A DNA stretch of 64,000 bases from Coleofasciculus chthonoplastes F2-STO-03 (GCA_040222015.1 JAVJWO010000041.1:14823-78822), one strand, 5' to 3'; counted from the first letter of the stretch, positions 9,354 to 20,106 are shown. Program-made: numbers and translations. Notes: generated by a model from the sequence alone, not told the origin.

Positions 9354-9493
9354 ATGGCTTACGCATGGACGAGGTTTCTTACGCTTCTTATGACCCAGTT
9401 GCGCCATAGTACCCGTGCGAAACGTTATTGGTAAAACCCGCTCCTACAACCACGCACCCCCGCTCCCTTATTGCCTCAACTCCTCTTGATCAG

Positions 9494-9985
9494 ATGCGTA
9501 AATTTTTAATACCGGGCTATCAGCTACGAGTTGGCTCTCGACTGGAAAAGGCAACCTTGTTGAAGTTTCTCCAACTGAGTTACCAAGAGCTTTTCCCGCA
9601 ACAACAAGATTTTTCTCATTTAGAAGAGACAATACGGCGGTATTTTTGTCAAGACACACCGTTATGGTGGGTAGACTTAGCCAATCATGAAGGTGACGCC
9701 GCCCCATCAAATCAACCTGTCGCTGGTTTATGGCTGGGAAATGCCATTGATCAGGTGAGTGGCGATCGCCATGCCCATGTTTTTTTACTCTACGTGATAC
9801 CAGAGCATCGGCGTCAGGGTATTGGTTCGGCACTGATGTATCATGCTGAAAACTGGGCTAGAGTTCGGGGCGATCGCCAAATTGGGTTGCAAGTGTTTGA
9901 GTCAAATCCATCGGCTGTGCGCCTTTACGATAAGTTAGGGTTCCAAACCCAGTCCCTTTGGATGGTGAAACCGCTGTCTGGATAA
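9494..9985 (+). CDS. GNAT family N-acetyltransferase
   Basis: LYVIPEHRRQGIGSAL (acetyl-CoA motif A), NPSAVRLYDKLGF; ATG 9494 preferred because the upstream extension runs through a REP arm. Confidence 0.88.
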   Translation: MRKFLIPGYQLRVGSRLEKATLLKFLQLSYQELFPQQQDFSHLEETIRRYFCQDTPLWWVDLANHEGDAAPSNQPVAGLWLGNAIDQVSGDRHAHVFLLYVIPEHRRQGIGSALMYHAENWARVRGDRQIGLQVFESNPSAVRLYDKLGFQTQSLWMVKPLSG

Positions 9986-10129
9986 GAGTTCTGAGTGTTG
10001 ACGCTTCACTTTTTCCCAGGGCATACTTTTGAGTGCGAGAATGTTCAGATGGATAAGTTGACCAAGGAAAAATAACAAATAACAAAGGACATAGGACAAA
10101 TAACCGCTGAATAAGATATTTTTTTAAGT

Positions 10130-10888
10130 ATGTATGATAATAACGAGCTAAGATTAATCGAGGCGGCAGGTGAGCTAGACAGCCCTCTGGATGAAATCGA
10201 GCCAATTGATGATCACTCAGAAGAGAATCAACCCGATCCAGAAGAGATGCTGGCTCTGCTAACCGCCCCAGAAACGCCCCAACGGATGCTGGCGGCGCGG
10301 GCTTTTTGTGAACTTCAAGATGAACGGGCTATTCCTCATCTGATTCATCTGTTAAACGATGTCTGTCCGTTGGTACGGGTGAGTGCGGCTTATGCCTTGG
10401 GGCGCAATCCTGCTCCAACAGCCGTAGATCCTTTAATAGAGCAACTAAACCGGGATTGGAATGGGTACGTGCGTAAAGGGGTTGTTTGGGCATTAGGCAA
10501 TTGTCGCGATCGCAAAGCATTGCCCAGTTTGATTGATTCCTTATGTACAGATATCTCTGCTGTGCGTTTGTGGGCAGCAAGTTCCCTGGCACAAATGGCA
10601 AAGCTAGACTATGAGGATATCGTCGCCTGTGTTCCCCCATTAATCACCGCCTTAAAGCAAGATCCCATGGCAGCAGTACGCAGTAACTGTGCCTGGTCAT
10701 TAGGACAGCTTTGTCGAGAACTCCCCTCGAATGCTATCTATGCAGGTGCAGTTGACGGTTTAATTGAGGCTTTTGCCGAAGATGAAGATATGGGCGTGCA
10801 GGAAGATGCAAAAGCTGCCCTGTTGAGAGTGGGCGATCCCCGTGCCTTACAGATGATTGAGGAAATTGAGATAGACGGATTGTTTTAG
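10130..10888 (+). CDS. HEAT-repeat (PBS lyase-like) protein
   Basis: Repeated VRxxAAxALG motifs. Confidence 0.9.
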   Translation: MYDNNELRLIEAAGELDSPLDEIEPIDDHSEENQPDPEEMLALLTAPETPQRMLAARAFCELQDERAIPHLIHLLNDVCPLVRVSAAYALGRNPAPTAVDPLIEQLNRDWNGYVRKGVVWALGNCRDRKALPSLIDSLCTDISAVRLWAASSLAQMAKLDYEDIVACVPPLITALKQDPMAAVRSNCAWSLGQLCRELPSNAIYAGAVDGLIEAFAEDEDMGVQEDAKAALLRVGDPRALQMIEEIEIDGLF

Positions 10889-10892
10889 GGGA

Positions 10893-11151
10893 TTTGTCAT
10901 TGGTCATTTGTCATTCGTCATTTGTCATTTGTCATTTGTCATACTCGCTTCCCTTCAAAAGCAAGCTACGTCTTATGTCCTTTGTTTAAGGTGACTTGCA
11001 CTCTAATCGGGGCGGGCGCGAGTGATATCAGGGTGACAACCTTCCCGTTAATGGTAAAACCCGCCTACAGCTCCCAGACGCGCCATGGCACGTCTCTACA
11101 TTGCTCCCCCAGCTCCCAGACGCGCCATGGCACGTCTCTACATTGCTCCCC
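10893..11151. repeat. STRR heptamers (TCATTTG-type), a REPIN-like element and a 42-bp tandem duplication containing a REP hairpin
   Basis: (GTCATTT)n at ~10893-10942; CAGCTCCCAGACGCGCCATGGCACGTCTCTACATTGCTCCCC twice (11068, 11110). Confidence 0.8.
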
Positions 11152-11329
11152 CATCTTCCCCATCTCCCTCAGATCTCTATTCCCTATTGCCTATCAACAG
11201 CTTCTCTCTACAGACTGATGAACCTCTTGTGTTCTCTTCCCAAAATAGAAAGGTGAATAACAACGCAACAATAATCCGAGTCCTGTATTCTGACAGGTTG
11301 ATCGGTTTTGAAGTATAGGGAGAAAAAAT

Positions 11330-11908
11330 ATGGCTGTAGCACAATCACAATTAAGACATGCAATTGGCGTCTTTCCTAGTCGTCAACAGGCAGAAAATGC
11401 GCTCATGGAACTCAGAGATAGAGGATTTGATCTGGATCGAGTTTCCGTGATTGCTAAAGACGCCAGCCTCAATGAGAAAATTGGCGGTACGGATCTCCAT
11501 AAAAGCGGTGGCAACCAAGCAGGAGAAGGCGCAAAAGCGGGTGCTGCTGCTGGCGGTACTGTAGGCGGTTTCCTAGGTTTAATTGGTGGTCTAGGCGTAT
11601 TAGCAATTCCTGGAGTCGGTGTAGCTACAGAATTAGGAGTTGTTTTAGCGAATACCCTCTTAGGAGGCGTTATTGGTGGCGCTGGTGGTGGTTTAGTTGG
11701 TGCCTTGATTGGTTGGGGAATCCCCGAAGATGCTGCTAAATATTATGACGAACGAGTTTCCGTCGGCGATTATGTGGTGATTGTAGAGGGTACAGAAACC
11801 GAGATCCTAAATATGCAACCCATTTTCCAAAATCGAGGAATTCAGGATTGGGCTATCTATAATACACCTGGCGTCAATACCAATCCTCAAATGGGCAGCA
11901 GGGTGTAG
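11330..11908 (+). CDS. General stress protein (YflT-like N-terminus with glycine-zipper membrane segments)
   Basis: AIGVFPS...A...L...GF...VSVIAKD; Gly-zipper helices; GWGIPEDAAKYY. Confidence 0.8.
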   Translation: MAVAQSQLRHAIGVFPSRQQAENALMELRDRGFDLDRVSVIAKDASLNEKIGGTDLHKSGGNQAGEGAKAGAAAGGTVGGFLGLIGGLGVLAIPGVGVATELGVVLANTLLGGVIGGAGGGLVGALIGWGIPEDAAKYYDERVSVGDYVVIVEGTETEILNMQPIFQNRGIQDWAIYNTPGVNTNPQMGSRV

Positions 11909-11944
11909 GTAGAAGGATGGGCAATGTTCATCCGATAAGATTTA

Positions 11945-11979
11945 AGAAACGGTGGGGATAAGTCCTCACCGTTTGTTTT
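11945..11979 (+). terminator. Rho-independent terminator
   Basis: AAACGGTGGGGA-TAAG-TCCTCACCGTTT followed by GTTTT. Confidence 0.65.
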
Positions 11980-12194
11980 AATGTAGGGGCGACCAGCCGC
12001 ATCCAATTAACACCACCTAACCCTTAATTTGCTCGGGTCGCCCCCCGCCCAGTATCGGGAATTATCTAACACCGTGTACATTGGCATAATTATAGGCAAC
12101 CCATTCACCAAACCCTTATTATGGAAGCATTTCAGTTAAGTGTGTTTCTTCTATCTATAACGGATGTGTAAAGCGGAACTTGTCTAACGATTTT

Positions 12195-13700
12195 ATGTCT
12201 CCACAGACGAATGAAGACTATCTTGCCTTACTCAGGCAAGGGGTGGAGGTATGGAATGCGTGGAAAGCGCACCACCCGGATATCCGACCCAATCTCTGCT
12301 TTGCTACAGGTAAGGGCATTGCCATCCAAGGGGCAAAACTCAGTGGCGTTGATTTGAGTCGGGCAAATCTAAGTCAGGCAGATTTGAGTAAAGCGGATCT
12401 GATTGGTGCAAACCTGAGTGAAGCATATTTGAGTGAGGCATATTTGAGTGAGGCGGATTTGATTGGTGCAAACCTCACGGCAGCCGATCTGAGAAATGCT
12501 GACTTAATTAGTGCCAATCTCATTGGTGCGAACCTGAATAACATCTATCTTAGTGGTGCTGATTTGACGAAAGCCAACCTCAGTGGTGCTGATTTAGTGG
12601 GGGCAAAACTGATTGGCGCTAAACTGAGTGGCACCAATCTGAGTGGGGCGAATCTCAGTGGGGCGAATCTCAGTGGTGCCCACCTTGTCGGTGCAAACCT
12701 GAGGGGGACGAATCTCAAGGGTGCTAATTGTAGTCAAGCCAATCTGCGGGGCGTCAACTTACAACGCTGCAAAGCCTTCAACACCGATTTTCACCAAGCC
12801 ATATTTACCGCCACCTGTCTGGAAGACTGGCACATCAATAGCGGGACAAATTTAGCCAAGGTGATTTGTGAGTATGTTTACTTACAAACCGATCAACACG
12901 AACGCCGTCCCCATCAGGGAACATTTGCCCCGGGAGAATTCACCAGGGTTTTTCAAGTTCCCTTAGAGACGGTTAATTTAATTTTCCGCAATGGTATTGA
13001 TTGGCAAGCCTTCTTTGCCGCTTTCCAAGCCTGTCAAGCCCAGGATGGGAGTAACATCCTTACGATTCAATCCTTAGAAAATCGCCCTGATGGGGTATTA
13101 ACTATCCGGATTGCTATTCCTATCGATGCCAATCGGTTGGAGGTTGAGCATTTCCTTAATCGCGAGTACGATGCCCAACTTGAGGTGATTGATCAAGACT
13201 ATCGTTATCAGTTACAGGTGAAATATGAGCAAGTGGCTACCTATCGTCAGCAGAGTGCCAATTTAACTGAGATTCTGCAACGGTTGGCTGAGAAAACTGT
13301 GAATCCCGGTCAAACGATTAATGTAGAGGCAAGACGGTTAGTTGAACCCCTCACGCCTTACCCGTCTAATCAGGGTGAGTCTGTGGAAAATTGCCCCTCT
13401 GGAAATTCTGCGATCGCACCCGCTTATACTTTAGAACAAAAGCAACGACTGACCGATACCGCGACCAAAATTCAAAAGTTACTCCAACAGCTCGATCAAA
13501 CCTATCCCACGAATACGCCTCTGGAAAAACAACGAGTGGTTATCGAGGTGCTAGAGAGGATTGAGCAGAATCCGATATTGAAAGCTTCAGTCGTTGAAGG
13601 CTTAAAAGGTGTGCAGACTGAGGTATTAAAAGAATTGATTGATCATCCTTTAGTCAATGTACTGCTGGCAGCGTTAGAAGAGTATCAGAAAATACAGTAA
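12195..13700 (+). CDS. Pentapeptide repeat protein with C-terminal extension
   Basis: QGVEVWNAW N-terminus; many A[ND]LSx repeats; ERRP...FAPGEF and FRNGIDW motifs. Confidence 0.9.
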   Translation: MSPQTNEDYLALLRQGVEVWNAWKAHHPDIRPNLCFATGKGIAIQGAKLSGVDLSRANLSQADLSKADLIGANLSEAYLSEAYLSEADLIGANLTAADLRNADLISANLIGANLNNIYLSGADLTKANLSGADLVGAKLIGAKLSGTNLSGANLSGANLSGAHLVGANLRGTNLKGANCSQANLRGVNLQRCKAFNTDFHQAIFTATCLEDWHINSGTNLAKVICEYVYLQTDQHERRPHQGTFAPGEFTRVFQVPLETVNLIFRNGIDWQAFFAAFQACQAQDGSNILTIQSLENRPDGVLTIRIAIPIDANRLEVEHFLNREYDAQLEVIDQDYRYQLQVKYEQVATYRQQSANLTEILQRLAEKTVNPGQTINVEARRLVEPLTPYPSNQGESVENCPSGNSAIAPAYTLEQKQRLTDTATKIQKLLQQLDQTYPTNTPLEKQRVVIEVLERIEQNPILKASVVEGLKGVQTEVLKELIDHPLVNVLLAALEEYQKIQ

Positions 13701-13789
13701 GTAGTCATGCTCCGCAAACAGTGGCTCATATCGACTTTTACAGGGACTGGCATTTATGATCAATGCAGGATCACAAGCTGGTTTAAACA

Positions 13790-15580
13790 ATGCCGCGATC
13801 GCTCCAAGTTCACTCTCACTCCGTTTCCCGCGTTAAATCGTCCCTCTTGCGGAATGGCTTTCCCAGTCAGAAGCTTTTGGCTGAAGCCTTGAGTATCTCC
13901 CAATCCACCGTGAGCAACTTCCTCAACGGCAAACCCGTGGATTATATCAATTTCGTGGAACTTTGCGCTGCATTAGGACAGGAATGGCGGGATATCGCTG
14001 ATTTAGAGACTCTATCCCACGCTGCGGAGGTACGGGAAATTAGAGCTAAAGTGCTGATGAGTGGATACCCGCCTCATTTTAATCTGACAAAAACAATACA
14101 ACAGGCAATTTGTCAAGCGGGTCATGACGTTTTTTTGGCACAGCAAAATACTGCCCTCGATAACTACTTAAAGCTATCCGATTACTTGCTGCTGCTATTA
14201 TCCCAAACCACTGCCGTTAGCGAAATGGTACTAGAGCAAGTTCGGCTGGCTAAGGCATTACACCACATCACGCCCCAAAAACCCGCCATTTTGCCAATTT
14301 TAGTGGACGTTTGTCAGAATGGAAACGGCATCAGTACGCCCTTACCCTTCGATTTACTCGGCTATCTCCAAGGCACTCAACCCTGGCACTGGCGTTGCCA
14401 TGATGATCCAACAATTCTCGCCTCAGAAATTCTCCAGGTTCTAAGCCTTGGGCGCACCACGTTACCGACGGATCATCAATTGGCGATTTCTTGGAGTAAA
14501 CTCACTCCCCAACAGCAAAATAGTACCTCTCTCTATCTGCCCCTCCCTGTCGCTGCACCGGAATTACCCGAAGGGCAAGTTGATCTTGACTCTACCTTTT
14601 ACATTAATCGCCCGCCCATTGAATCGGTTTGTTATGAAACCATAACTCGACCGGGTTCTTTAATCCGAATTAAAGCCCCTCGACAAATGGGAAAAACCTC
14701 TTTGATGGCGCGAATTCTGCATCATGCTGAACAACAAGGATCTCAAACCGTAGCCTTAAGTTTACAACTGGCAAATCAGCGGATATTGGCGAATTCCCAT
14801 ACGTTCTTAGAATGGTTTTGTGCCAGTGTCAGTTTAGCCTTGGGGCGACTTGATCCCGATCAACTGGCAAAATATGCCCAGTTAGCGGCTATGATTGGCA
14901 GCAATCAAAGCTGTAAAGCCTATTTTGAGCAGTATTTACTTCCCCATATTTCCACCTCATTGACATTAGGATTAGATGAAGTTGATCGAGTCTTTGCCTC
15001 TCCAGAAATTGCCGATGACTTTTTCGGGTTATTACGAGCATTGCATGAGGAAGCGAAACGGCGCGAGATTTGGCAGAAATTCCGGTTAGTGGTGGTACAT
15101 TCTACGGAAGTATATGTTCCCTTGGATATGAATAAATCGCCCTTTAATGTAGGATTACCGATTGAATTGCCAGAGTTTAATCAGGAACAGGTGATGGAGT
15201 TAGCCAGACGCCATGGATTAGAATGGTCGATAGAAACGGTAGATTCTCTGGTTACCTTAGTCGGTGGACATCCTTATTTGGTGAGACTGGCACTTTATCA
15301 TATTGCTCGTCAGAATATGACATTAGAGGACATCCAGAAAACCGCGCCCACGGAAGCCGGAATTTATAGCGATCACTTGCGCCGCCATTTGTGGAATTTG
15401 CAAACCTATCCGGAATTATTGGACGCGATTAAAGCTGTGGTAATGGCATCTCAGCCAGTACGTTTACCCTCGCAACAGGCGTTTAAATTAAACAGTATGG
15501 GACTGGTAAAACTATTTGGTAATGATTGCACGCCGAGGTGTAAATTGTATCAGCACTATTTTCGTGATCGCTTAGCTTAA
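13790..15580 (+). CDS. XRE-HTH + TIR-like + AAA-like (AAA_35-type) NTPase protein
   Basis: SQKLLAEALSISQSTVSNFLNG (HTH); DYLLLLLS...SEMV...ILPI (TIR-like); KAPRQMGKTSL (Walker A); LGLDEVD; GGHPYL. Confidence 0.85.
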   Translation: MPRSLQVHSHSVSRVKSSLLRNGFPSQKLLAEALSISQSTVSNFLNGKPVDYINFVELCAALGQEWRDIADLETLSHAAEVREIRAKVLMSGYPPHFNLTKTIQQAICQAGHDVFLAQQNTALDNYLKLSDYLLLLLSQTTAVSEMVLEQVRLAKALHHITPQKPAILPILVDVCQNGNGISTPLPFDLLGYLQGTQPWHWRCHDDPTILASEILQVLSLGRTTLPTDHQLAISWSKLTPQQQNSTSLYLPLPVAAPELPEGQVDLDSTFYINRPPIESVCYETITRPGSLIRIKAPRQMGKTSLMARILHHAEQQGSQTVALSLQLANQRILANSHTFLEWFCASVSLALGRLDPDQLAKYAQLAAMIGSNQSCKAYFEQYLLPHISTSLTLGLDEVDRVFASPEIADDFFGLLRALHEEAKRREIWQKFRLVVVHSTEVYVPLDMNKSPFNVGLPIELPEFNQEQVMELARRHGLEWSIETVDSLVTLVGGHPYLVRLALYHIARQNMTLEDIQKTAPTEAGIYSDHLRRHLWNLQTYPELLDAIKAVVMASQPVRLPSQQAFKLNSMGLVKLFGNDCTPRCKLYQHYFRDRLA

Positions 15581-15676
15581 ATGTGGGGAACAGGTGATTA
15601 TAATCGCCAACCTGACTTTTTATGGCATATAAATGTTGACTCTTGGCAACGCTTTTCGGGTATGGCGCGTGAGTGT

Positions 15677-15736
15677 GTAGGGGCGGGTTTCACTACTATC
15701 TTTTCGATTGCACCCAAATGCGACTAAACCCGCCCC
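15677..15736. repeat. REPIN/MITE-like element, subfamily A
   Basis: GTAGGGGCGGGTTTCACTA...AAACCCGCCCC. Confidence 0.75.
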
Positions 15737-15993
15737 TTTCCCAGGGTTTGTCGGAGGGTTCATATCGAAGATTGGAGGGCGCACGTCGGAGGGCGCACTG
15801 ACACGCCCCGTGCGCCCTTGCTTCAGTATTAAGTTATGTAAACAAGTCTTACACTCTTACAAAGGACGAATGACGAATGACGATCACCACCGCCCGCCTT
15901 TAACTGTCCCTACCTACTTACCCAATAGGATAGTCTATACATTGGGTTAATCTGCGAGACTACCCTTTAAACCGTTGACTTCTAATCATACTT

Positions 15994-17178
15994 ATGATGC
16001 AGTACAGACGATTTGGACGCACCGAACTACAAATGCCAGTATTTTCCTGTGGCGGGATGCGCTATCAATTTAAGTGGAAAGATATGCCCGCCTGGTTAAT
16101 TCCTAAAGATAATCAACGCAACTTAGAAGCAACCATTCGTCGCTCGATTGAACTAGGCATTAATCATATTGAAACGGCGCGGGGTTATGGTACGTCAGAA
16201 ATGCAATTAGGCAAAATTTTGCCAAAATTACCCCGTGAGCAATTAATTGTCCAGACAAAAATTAGTCCTAAATCAGATGCCAAAGAATTTCGGCGTCAGT
16301 TTGAGCAATCGTTGAAATTCCTCAATCTTGACTATGTTGATTTGCTGGGAGTTCATGGCATAAACACACCTCAATTACTCCAGGATAGCATTCGTCCTGG
16401 AGGCTGTATGGATGTAGCGCGTCAGTTACAAGCCCAAGGCAAAGTGCGGTTTATTGGCTTTTCTACCCACGGTGCTACCGACGTAATTATCAAAACCATT
16501 GAGACGGATCAGTTTGATTATGTAAATCTGCACTGGTACTATATCAATCAATTTAATTGGTCAGCAATTCAAGCCGCTACTCGTCATGATATGGGCGTTT
16601 TTATTATTAGTCCGTCGGATAAAGGGGGAATGCTATATAAACCGCCACAGCGATTAGTTGAACTTTGTAAACCCTTGAGTCCAATGGTATTTAATGACTT
16701 GTTTTGCCTGTCTCATCCCCAGGTGCATACCTTAAGTTTAGGTGCATCTCGCCCCAGGGATTTTGAGGAACACCTGAAGGCGGTTGAATTATTGGATCAG
16801 GTTGATCAAATATTACCCCCGATTGTGGCACGATTAGAAGCCGCCGCGATCGCACGACTCGGTGAAGATTGGTTCAAAACCTGGCACGTCGGTTTACCCA
16901 GCCACGAGGAAACCCCTGGTGGTGTGAATATCCCCGTAATTTTGTGGCTGAGAAATTTAGCGATCGCCTATGATATGGTTGAATATGCTAAAATGCGTTA
17001 CAACCTCTTAACCAATGCGGGACACTGGTTTCCGGGTGCCAAAGCCGATCAGATCAGAAAATTTAATCTCCAGGTATGTTTACACAACAGTCCCCACGCT
17101 GATACAATTCCTACTTTACTCGAAGATGCGGATCAGCGCTTAGGAGGTGCAACCGTTAAACGCTTATCCCAACAATAA
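15994..17178 (+). CDS. Aldo/keto reductase family oxidoreductase
   Basis: MQYRRFGRT, GINHIETARGYGTSE, LDYVDLLGVH, GKVRFIGFSTH. Confidence 0.92.
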   Translation: MMQYRRFGRTELQMPVFSCGGMRYQFKWKDMPAWLIPKDNQRNLEATIRRSIELGINHIETARGYGTSEMQLGKILPKLPREQLIVQTKISPKSDAKEFRRQFEQSLKFLNLDYVDLLGVHGINTPQLLQDSIRPGGCMDVARQLQAQGKVRFIGFSTHGATDVIIKTIETDQFDYVNLHWYYINQFNWSAIQAATRHDMGVFIISPSDKGGMLYKPPQRLVELCKPLSPMVFNDLFCLSHPQVHTLSLGASRPRDFEEHLKAVELLDQVDQILPPIVARLEAAAIARLGEDWFKTWHVGLPSHEETPGGVNIPVILWLRNLAIAYDMVEYAKMRYNLLTNAGHWFPGAKADQIRKFNLQVCLHNSPHADTIPTLLEDADQRLGGATVKRLSQQ

Positions 17179-17392
17179 ACCGATAGCGATTCGACTTGAG
17201 TCGTAACGATTTTGGTGAGTTAAAAAACCCTTAACTGGAAACAGAAGATTCCCTAACTCATTGAGAATTGCTACATCAGTTTGTTTCGCTCCTCATTCAC
17301 GCTTAACTGTTATCCCTATAACCTGTTCTCAAACTGTCTTTCTGGTAGTATTGGGGTAAAGAGGAGCAGGTGGAAATTTGGAGGTGAAAAAT

Positions 17393-18196
17393 GTGCGAGA
17401 ACATATCTATCAAGAACCAGCCAGTCGTCAAGCCTTACAAACTGCCCTTATAGAAGATCGGTTTTGCTTATATTTTCAACCAATTTTCCCTCTCCTTCAT
17501 AGAGACGAGGGTCATACTCACAAGGAAATTTTAATCCGAATGGTGGGAAAAGATGGTAGGATTATCCCACCTAATTATTTTCTTCCCTGTGCTGAAGAAT
17601 CTGGGTTAATGCCATCCATTGATCGTTGGGTTCTGGAATCCTTTTTCAATGGCATTTACCACCCGAGTAAATGTATGGGCTGTTGGGCAAGGGATTATTA
17701 TTGTGGGTGTATTATTGCGTTTAACCTGTCTGGTTCCAGTGTCAATGATGACAGTTTTCTCGACTTCCTAGAAAATGCCGTGATGAATCATCCGGTTCCC
17801 CCCAGCAGTTTAGTCTTTGAGATTACTGAAACGGTAGCCTTAGCCAACATAGATAAAACCCGGCAATTTATCCAGCGTTTACAAAACCTGGGTTGTCAGT
17901 TTGCTTTGGATGATTTTGGTACAGGTATGTCCAGTTTAGCCTATCTTAAGGAATTACCGTTAGATTTTGTCAAAATTGATGGTATGTTTGTGCGGGATGT
18001 GGTGCAGAATCCTATCTCTGAAGCGATTGTTTCTGCTATTGTACAAATGGCTAAGGCGAAGCAAATTAAGACGATTGCCGAATACGTGGAAAATGTGGCA
18101 ATTCTGGAACGATTGCAGGCGTTAGGTGTGGATTATGCCCAAGGGTTTTACTTAGGTAAGCCTACCCCGATTCTCAAGCGAACGCCTATTTTCTAG
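17393..18196 (+). CDS. Stand-alone EAL-domain c-di-GMP phosphodiesterase
   Basis: EILIRM, NLSG, FEITE, LDDFGTG, KIDG, AEYVE, QGFY all present; GGAGG 8 nt before GTG 17393 (ORF track starts at TTG 17378). Confidence 0.88.
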   Translation: MREHIYQEPASRQALQTALIEDRFCLYFQPIFPLLHRDEGHTHKEILIRMVGKDGRIIPPNYFLPCAEESGLMPSIDRWVLESFFNGIYHPSKCMGCWARDYYCGCIIAFNLSGSSVNDDSFLDFLENAVMNHPVPPSSLVFEITETVALANIDKTRQFIQRLQNLGCQFALDDFGTGMSSLAYLKELPLDFVKIDGMFVRDVVQNPISEAIVSAIVQMAKAKQIKTIAEYVENVAILERLQALGVDYAQGFYLGKPTPILKRTPIF

Positions 18197-18317
18197 ATGA
18201 AGGTAGAAGGGCAGCTTCAGTTTTTTTATTAGGGGTCATTTGCCGGATATAATAGTATTAACGTTTCAGGAGCAGATTGGTGCTTAAGTCAGTGCTATTC
18301 AGCTTAGGGTAATATTC

Positions 18318-20099
18318 ATGCAAAAACAAGCTCTAGCGATCGCATCTGTTTTATTATCTACCCTGTTGCCGATCGAGGCTTCGGCACAGAACTTTGAGGA
18401 GTTTTACATCTTTGGCGATAGTCTGTCAGATGTTGGCAACCGATTTGAACGATCTGAAGGTCTCTTCCCTCCTAGCCCTCCCTATTTTGAGGGACGTTTT
18501 ACTAACGGTTTAGTCTGGGTGGAAGTTCTGGGATTGGAATTAGGACTTGATCACAATCCAGCTAATAACTTTGCCCTTGGTGGGGCAACCTCAGAGGACG
18601 TGCTAGAACAGGTTATTGAGTTTACCACCACAACCCAACCACTCGATGCTAATGGGCTTTATACCGTTTGGGGCGGTGCCAACGACTACATCGACGTAGT
18701 TCCAGGCACAAACCCAGCAGATATAGACACGACAACCACGGTCAACAACATATCCAATGCGGTGAAAACGCTGATTGCCAACGGCGCTGAAACGATTATC
18801 GTAGTCAACCTGCCAGATTTGGGAAGGACGCCTCTAGGATTAACCTCTCCCCTTGCTGCCGACGCCTTCACCGCCGCCGTTAATCAATATAACCGCAACT
18901 TAAATGCCGCTTTGCAAACATTAGCTCAAAACCGTGAAGTTCAGATCGTACCGCTCGATGTCAATCCTCTGGTTAATGAAATTCTCGCCGAGCCAGCCAG
19001 ATACGGCATAACTAACGTGACCGAACCTTGCTTAAATGAGGCAACCAATACGGTTTGTCCCAACCCCGACGAGTATTTTTTTTGGGATGACATTCATCCT
19101 ACTGCTGCCGTTCATGAGTTGTTTGGAGAAGCGGTTTTGGCAGTACTGATTAGTCCTCAAACCGTTATCCCCCAAGCCGACATTGCCTTAAGCGTTGCTC
19201 GCAGGCAGACTCAAACGATTGACGCTCGGCTCCAGTCCCTGCGAGGTGTCCGCGAAACTCCCCCCGAACAACGATTTGGTGCATTTGTCAACGGTGACAT
19301 CAACTTCGGCGATAAAGATATCAGCAATAGCGAACCGGGCTATGATTTCACGACGACAGGGGTTACTGCTGGCGTTGATTACCGCGTCACGGGCGACCTC
19401 GCGCTGGGAGTTGCTGTCAGTCGCCTCAGCAATGACACCGAACTTGATCATGACCTTGGCGAGGTTGAAGTTGATGGTTATGCCGTTTCTATCTATGGCA
19501 ACTATAATCGGGGTAACTTTTATACGGATACCCTTGTCAGTTATGGTTGGAATGACTATGAGATAACCCGCCAAATCGAATTCGACAACCGCAGGGCTAC
19601 TGCTGACCCGGACGGAAATCAACTATCGGTCGATGTGAACGGTGGTTACAATGTCAGAGCGGGCAACTTGTCTTATGGACCAACGGTAGGAGTTCGCTAT
19701 GATCGTGTGGAAATTAATGACTACACAGAGGAAGGTGCGGGTAGCCTCAACATGAAAGTCCAAGACCAAGAAGCAGAATCGGTGGTTCTCAGTGCAGGTG
19801 TTCAGGCGGCTTATGGGTTCAACGTTGGCAACACTACAGTGACACCCAATTTCCGGGCAAGTTACGAACACCAGTTCGCCAACGACAGCCGCGAAATCGA
19901 GACGGAACTCCTCACCCAACCGGGCATTCCGATCCGGGCGACTACAGACGACCCCGATCGCGATTACGTGAGATTAGGGGCTGGAGTGGACGTGCAGTTT
20001 TCCCCGAATTTTTCCGGCGCGATCGATTACGAAACGGTCATCGGGCGCGAAGACTACACCGACCATGGGGTTAGAGCTCAACTCCGCTACCAATTTTAA
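18318..20099 (+). CDS. GDSL/SGNH esterase-autotransporter (EstA-like)
   Basis: Signal peptide; FGDSLSD, GGAND and WDDIHP catalytic blocks; C-terminal beta-barrel ending LRYQF. Confidence 0.9.
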   Translation: MQKQALAIASVLLSTLLPIEASAQNFEEFYIFGDSLSDVGNRFERSEGLFPPSPPYFEGRFTNGLVWVEVLGLELGLDHNPANNFALGGATSEDVLEQVIEFTTTTQPLDANGLYTVWGGANDYIDVVPGTNPADIDTTTTVNNISNAVKTLIANGAETIIVVNLPDLGRTPLGLTSPLAADAFTAAVNQYNRNLNAALQTLAQNREVQIVPLDVNPLVNEILAEPARYGITNVTEPCLNEATNTVCPNPDEYFFWDDIHPTAAVHELFGEAVLAVLISPQTVIPQADIALSVARRQTQTIDARLQSLRGVRETPPEQRFGAFVNGDINFGDKDISNSEPGYDFTTTGVTAGVDYRVTGDLALGVAVSRLSNDTELDHDLGEVEVDGYAVSIYGNYNRGNFYTDTLVSYGWNDYEITRQIEFDNRRATADPDGNQLSVDVNGGYNVRAGNLSYGPTVGVRYDRVEINDYTEEGAGSLNMKVQDQEAESVVLSAGVQAAYGFNVGNTTVTPNFRASYEHQFANDSREIETELLTQPGIPIRATTDDPDRDYVRLGAGVDVQFSPNFSGAIDYETVIGREDYTDHGVRAQLRYQF

Positions 20100-20106
20100 C
20101 GGTGTT

